Shown here one piece after another: positions 24,459 through 26,414 of a stretch of 26,414 bases of DNA. Position 1 is the first letter of the stretch, and each line of letters starts with the position of its first letter. The stretch is from a virus (Duplodnaviria; Caudoviricetes), in the IMG/VR virus record IMGVR_UViG_3300004686_000013, positions 1-26,414 of that record. One strand, written 5' to 3'. The notes under the pieces are model-generated. The model had not been told where the DNA came from, did not search any database, and saw only the letters and a program-made list of their open reading frames with translations. The position numbers and the translations under genes are program-made.

Positions 24459-25899
24459 ACGCAATTTGCCGGCTTCGGATATAACTACGGACCTCTTGAG
24501 AGGGTATGCTAATTTTCCTTGAAAGCTTATCGGGCCAATAACCGAACTTACTCTTAAACTGATGAGCGGCCCAGCCTTCTTTATACCCCTTCTCAGCAGC
24601 CACATATAAAAGGCCACTAAACCATTCTTGTGTTATATCATAATTAGGGGTGGAAGCATATTTATTCTTTCCTTTAAACTCAATTAATTGCCCGTCTTTG
24701 GCAATGATATCGCTCATCCTTTTAGGTGTGAACCCACACTCAGGACACTCGTGAACACCTACAGGCTTTAAATAACTACACTGTGGGCATTTCTTAGGAA
24801 TAAGAATAGGCTTTTCTTTTTTCTCAGTCTTCTTACCCTTTTCAACTACCCCAGTTTTTAATTCATTATAGTTAATAGTGCAGGGCAATCCGAGAGAAAT
24901 ACCGGTATTTGAATGATCTAAAACAAGGCAATTTTCTTTACCCTCATTGGTTCTTAATCCCCGTCCAATGATCTGGAGAAATAGCATCTCGCTCTTAGTA
25001 GGACGGGCAAGAATAATACATGAGACAAAGGGGGCATCCACCCCCGTAGTCAATGTCCCGATATTACAAATGACGCTGTAATGCCCCTTACGAAGCATTT
25101 CAATCATGTTTGCCCGCTCATCGGCAGGGGTGAAAGCATCCACATAGCCAGCCGATATCCCCACCTGGAGGAACTGTTCCTGAACACACCGAGCATGCGC
25201 CCGGTCCACACAGAAACATAAAGTCGGGCGCCTATCAGCTTTCTCCACCCATGTCTTTACAATGTCTGCCGTTATCTCCTGCTTGTTCATAGCATCGGCA
25301 AGCTGACCTTCGTGGTAGTCACCTGCGACTACTTTTACATTCGATAGGTCCGGGGAGTATGGAGCAAAATATTTATAATCCGAAAGATATCCCTGAGTAA
25401 TCAATTCCCGAGTGGTCGAGACAATAATCAGACTGTCCCATTCTTCTTTCATTCCCCTGGCCCATGGGGTGGCACTAAGACCTATGAATGAATAATCAGG
25501 GCATTCGGTCATCCACCGCTTATGGAGTTTTGATCGACGATGAACCTCGTCGAATATAACCATATCCACCCCAGGCAGCTTTGGCCGGCGGACTAAAGTG
25601 TCTACTGAACAAATCTGAATTGGCTTGTTATAATTACAAAGATAATGATCAGCTTGAACAATGGATATATCGTCTTCCGGCAACCCAGCTTTCACAAATG
25701 CCTTATAGGTCTGATCAATTAAACTAAGAAATGGAACAACAAACGCTACTCTCTTTCCTTTTTCTCTGGCTAAAGAAAATACCTCAGAAGCAATTCGAGT
25801 TTTACCAGCGCCAGTAGGGGCAGCCAATACAACCCGCTCTTTTTTAGATATTGCGTCGCGTAAATCATCTATCGCCTTCTGTTGATATGGTCGGAGCAT
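24391..25899 (-). CDS. SF2 DExH-box helicase with C-terminal zinc finger
   Basis: LRPYQ, APTGAGKT, DEVH, GLSATP, TTGVDAP, QIIGRGLR, CPQC...CPECG. Confidence 0.95.
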   Translation of the reverse strand: MLRPYQQKAIDDLRDAISKKERVVLAAPTGAGKTRIASEVFSLAREKGKRVAFVVPFLSLIDQTYKAFVKAGLPEDDISIVQADHYLCNYNKPIQICSVDTLVRRPKLPGVDMVIFDEVHRRSKLHKRWMTECPDYSFIGLSATPWARGMKEEWDSLIIVSTTRELITQGYLSDYKYFAPYSPDLSNVKVVAGDYHEGQLADAMNKQEITADIVKTWVEKADRRPTLCFCVDRAHARCVQEQFLQVGISAGYVDAFTPADERANMIEMLRKGHYSVICNIGTLTTGVDAPFVSCIILARPTKSEMLFLQIIGRGLRTNEGKENCLVLDHSNTGISLGLPCTINYNELKTGVVEKGKKTEKKEKPILIPKKCPQCSYLKPVGVHECPECGFTPKRMSDIIAKDGQLIEFKGKNKYASTPNYDITQEWFSGLLYVAAEKGYKEGWAAHQFKSKFGYWPDKLSRKISIPSQEVRSYIRSRQIAYAKVKERVASGGIMGRFKHQDI

Positions 25900-26074
25900 C
25901 CTTTAATTTCCTTATCTCTTCAGCTATTTGTTGGCCTTCGTATTTATCGTCTTCATAGAATTCTTCGGCCGTTTTTGCACATAGTTCTATAACATCATTT
26001 CTCGTTTCAGACGAGAGTGAATTTATTTTTTGCTCCAGCTTTCTAACTCTGTTTTTTAGTTGAGCCGTAATCAT
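25865..26074 (-). CDS. Hypothetical protein (69 aa)
   Basis: GGGGA RBS; 'RNDVIELCAKTAE...IAEEIRKLK'. Confidence 0.7.
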   Translation of the reverse strand: MITAQLKNRVRKLEQKINSLSSETRNDVIELCAKTAEEFYEDDKYEGQQIAEEIRKLKDAPTISTEGDR

Positions 26075-26163
26075 CCTTGTTTCCCCTTACTCATGATATA
26101 TGCCTATTATGGGCACGTTTACAATCAATTTGGGCATGGTTTCCCTTTCCCCTATGTCCTCCG

Positions 26164-26388
26164 GTCTACCTTACCAGTAGGTAAGTAGTAGTAGGCTAGC
26201 AGTAATCGGCGCTGAACTTGACCGATTTGGTAGACTACTCCAGAGAGGGGAGTAAACAGTCGCTTCTCGTATCCCTGACCTGCCGTGATTTATCGGTGGC
26301 GAACCCGCTCCAGCCAGAGAAACACCCGGATGGATGTTCCTTCTGATATATCCCCACGTAGAGATATACCGGAAGGAACTAGGGTCAG
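26164..26388 (-). ncRNA. Candidate structured non-coding element (multi-stem), probably extends beyond window
   Basis: At least six stems, including a roughly 19-bp hairpin at 26336-26379 with three minus-strand G-U pairs; no convincing ORF. Confidence 0.4.
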
Positions 26389-26414
26389 TTCTGGGTGGGT
26401 CCTGCGACAGACTT

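Noticed and set aside
1-26414. tRNA, integrase/att site, prohead protease, alternative genetic code
   Set aside because: None recognisable. Genes are intact under the standard code, and TAA, TAG and TGA are all used as stops.

Overview
The whole window is a fragment of a tailed dsDNA bacteriophage (Caudoviricetes, podovirus-like gene layout). The host is probably an alphaproteobacterium, which is inference only. Most genes lie on the minus strand. Read right to left they are: SF2 helicase and small accessory genes, a short plus-strand island with its own sigma70-type promoters, terminase small and large subunits, portal, three large low-complexity virion-associated ORFs, an HNH endonuclease, a GroES-like co-chaperonin, scaffold, decoration and major capsid proteins, a head-tail adaptor, a GIY-YIG/NUMOD1 endonuclease, and a collagen-like fibre that runs off the left edge. 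No integrase, tRNA, rRNA or CRISPR is visible. Four observations stand out. (1) About 20 copies of a short 'xxxGG' motif punctuate five non-enzymatic morphogenesis ORFs and appear to delimit modules within polyproteins. (2) A candidate programmed -1 frameshift (G GGU UUU at 11813-11819) would fuse two of these ORFs and itself create a GG motif. (3) A recurring C(GCGCC)G stem-loop occurs in the 5' leaders of two structural operons. (4) Two candidate structured ncRNAs are present, one with anti-Shine-Dalgarno loops. All family assignments are from motif recognition by eye; no searches were run.
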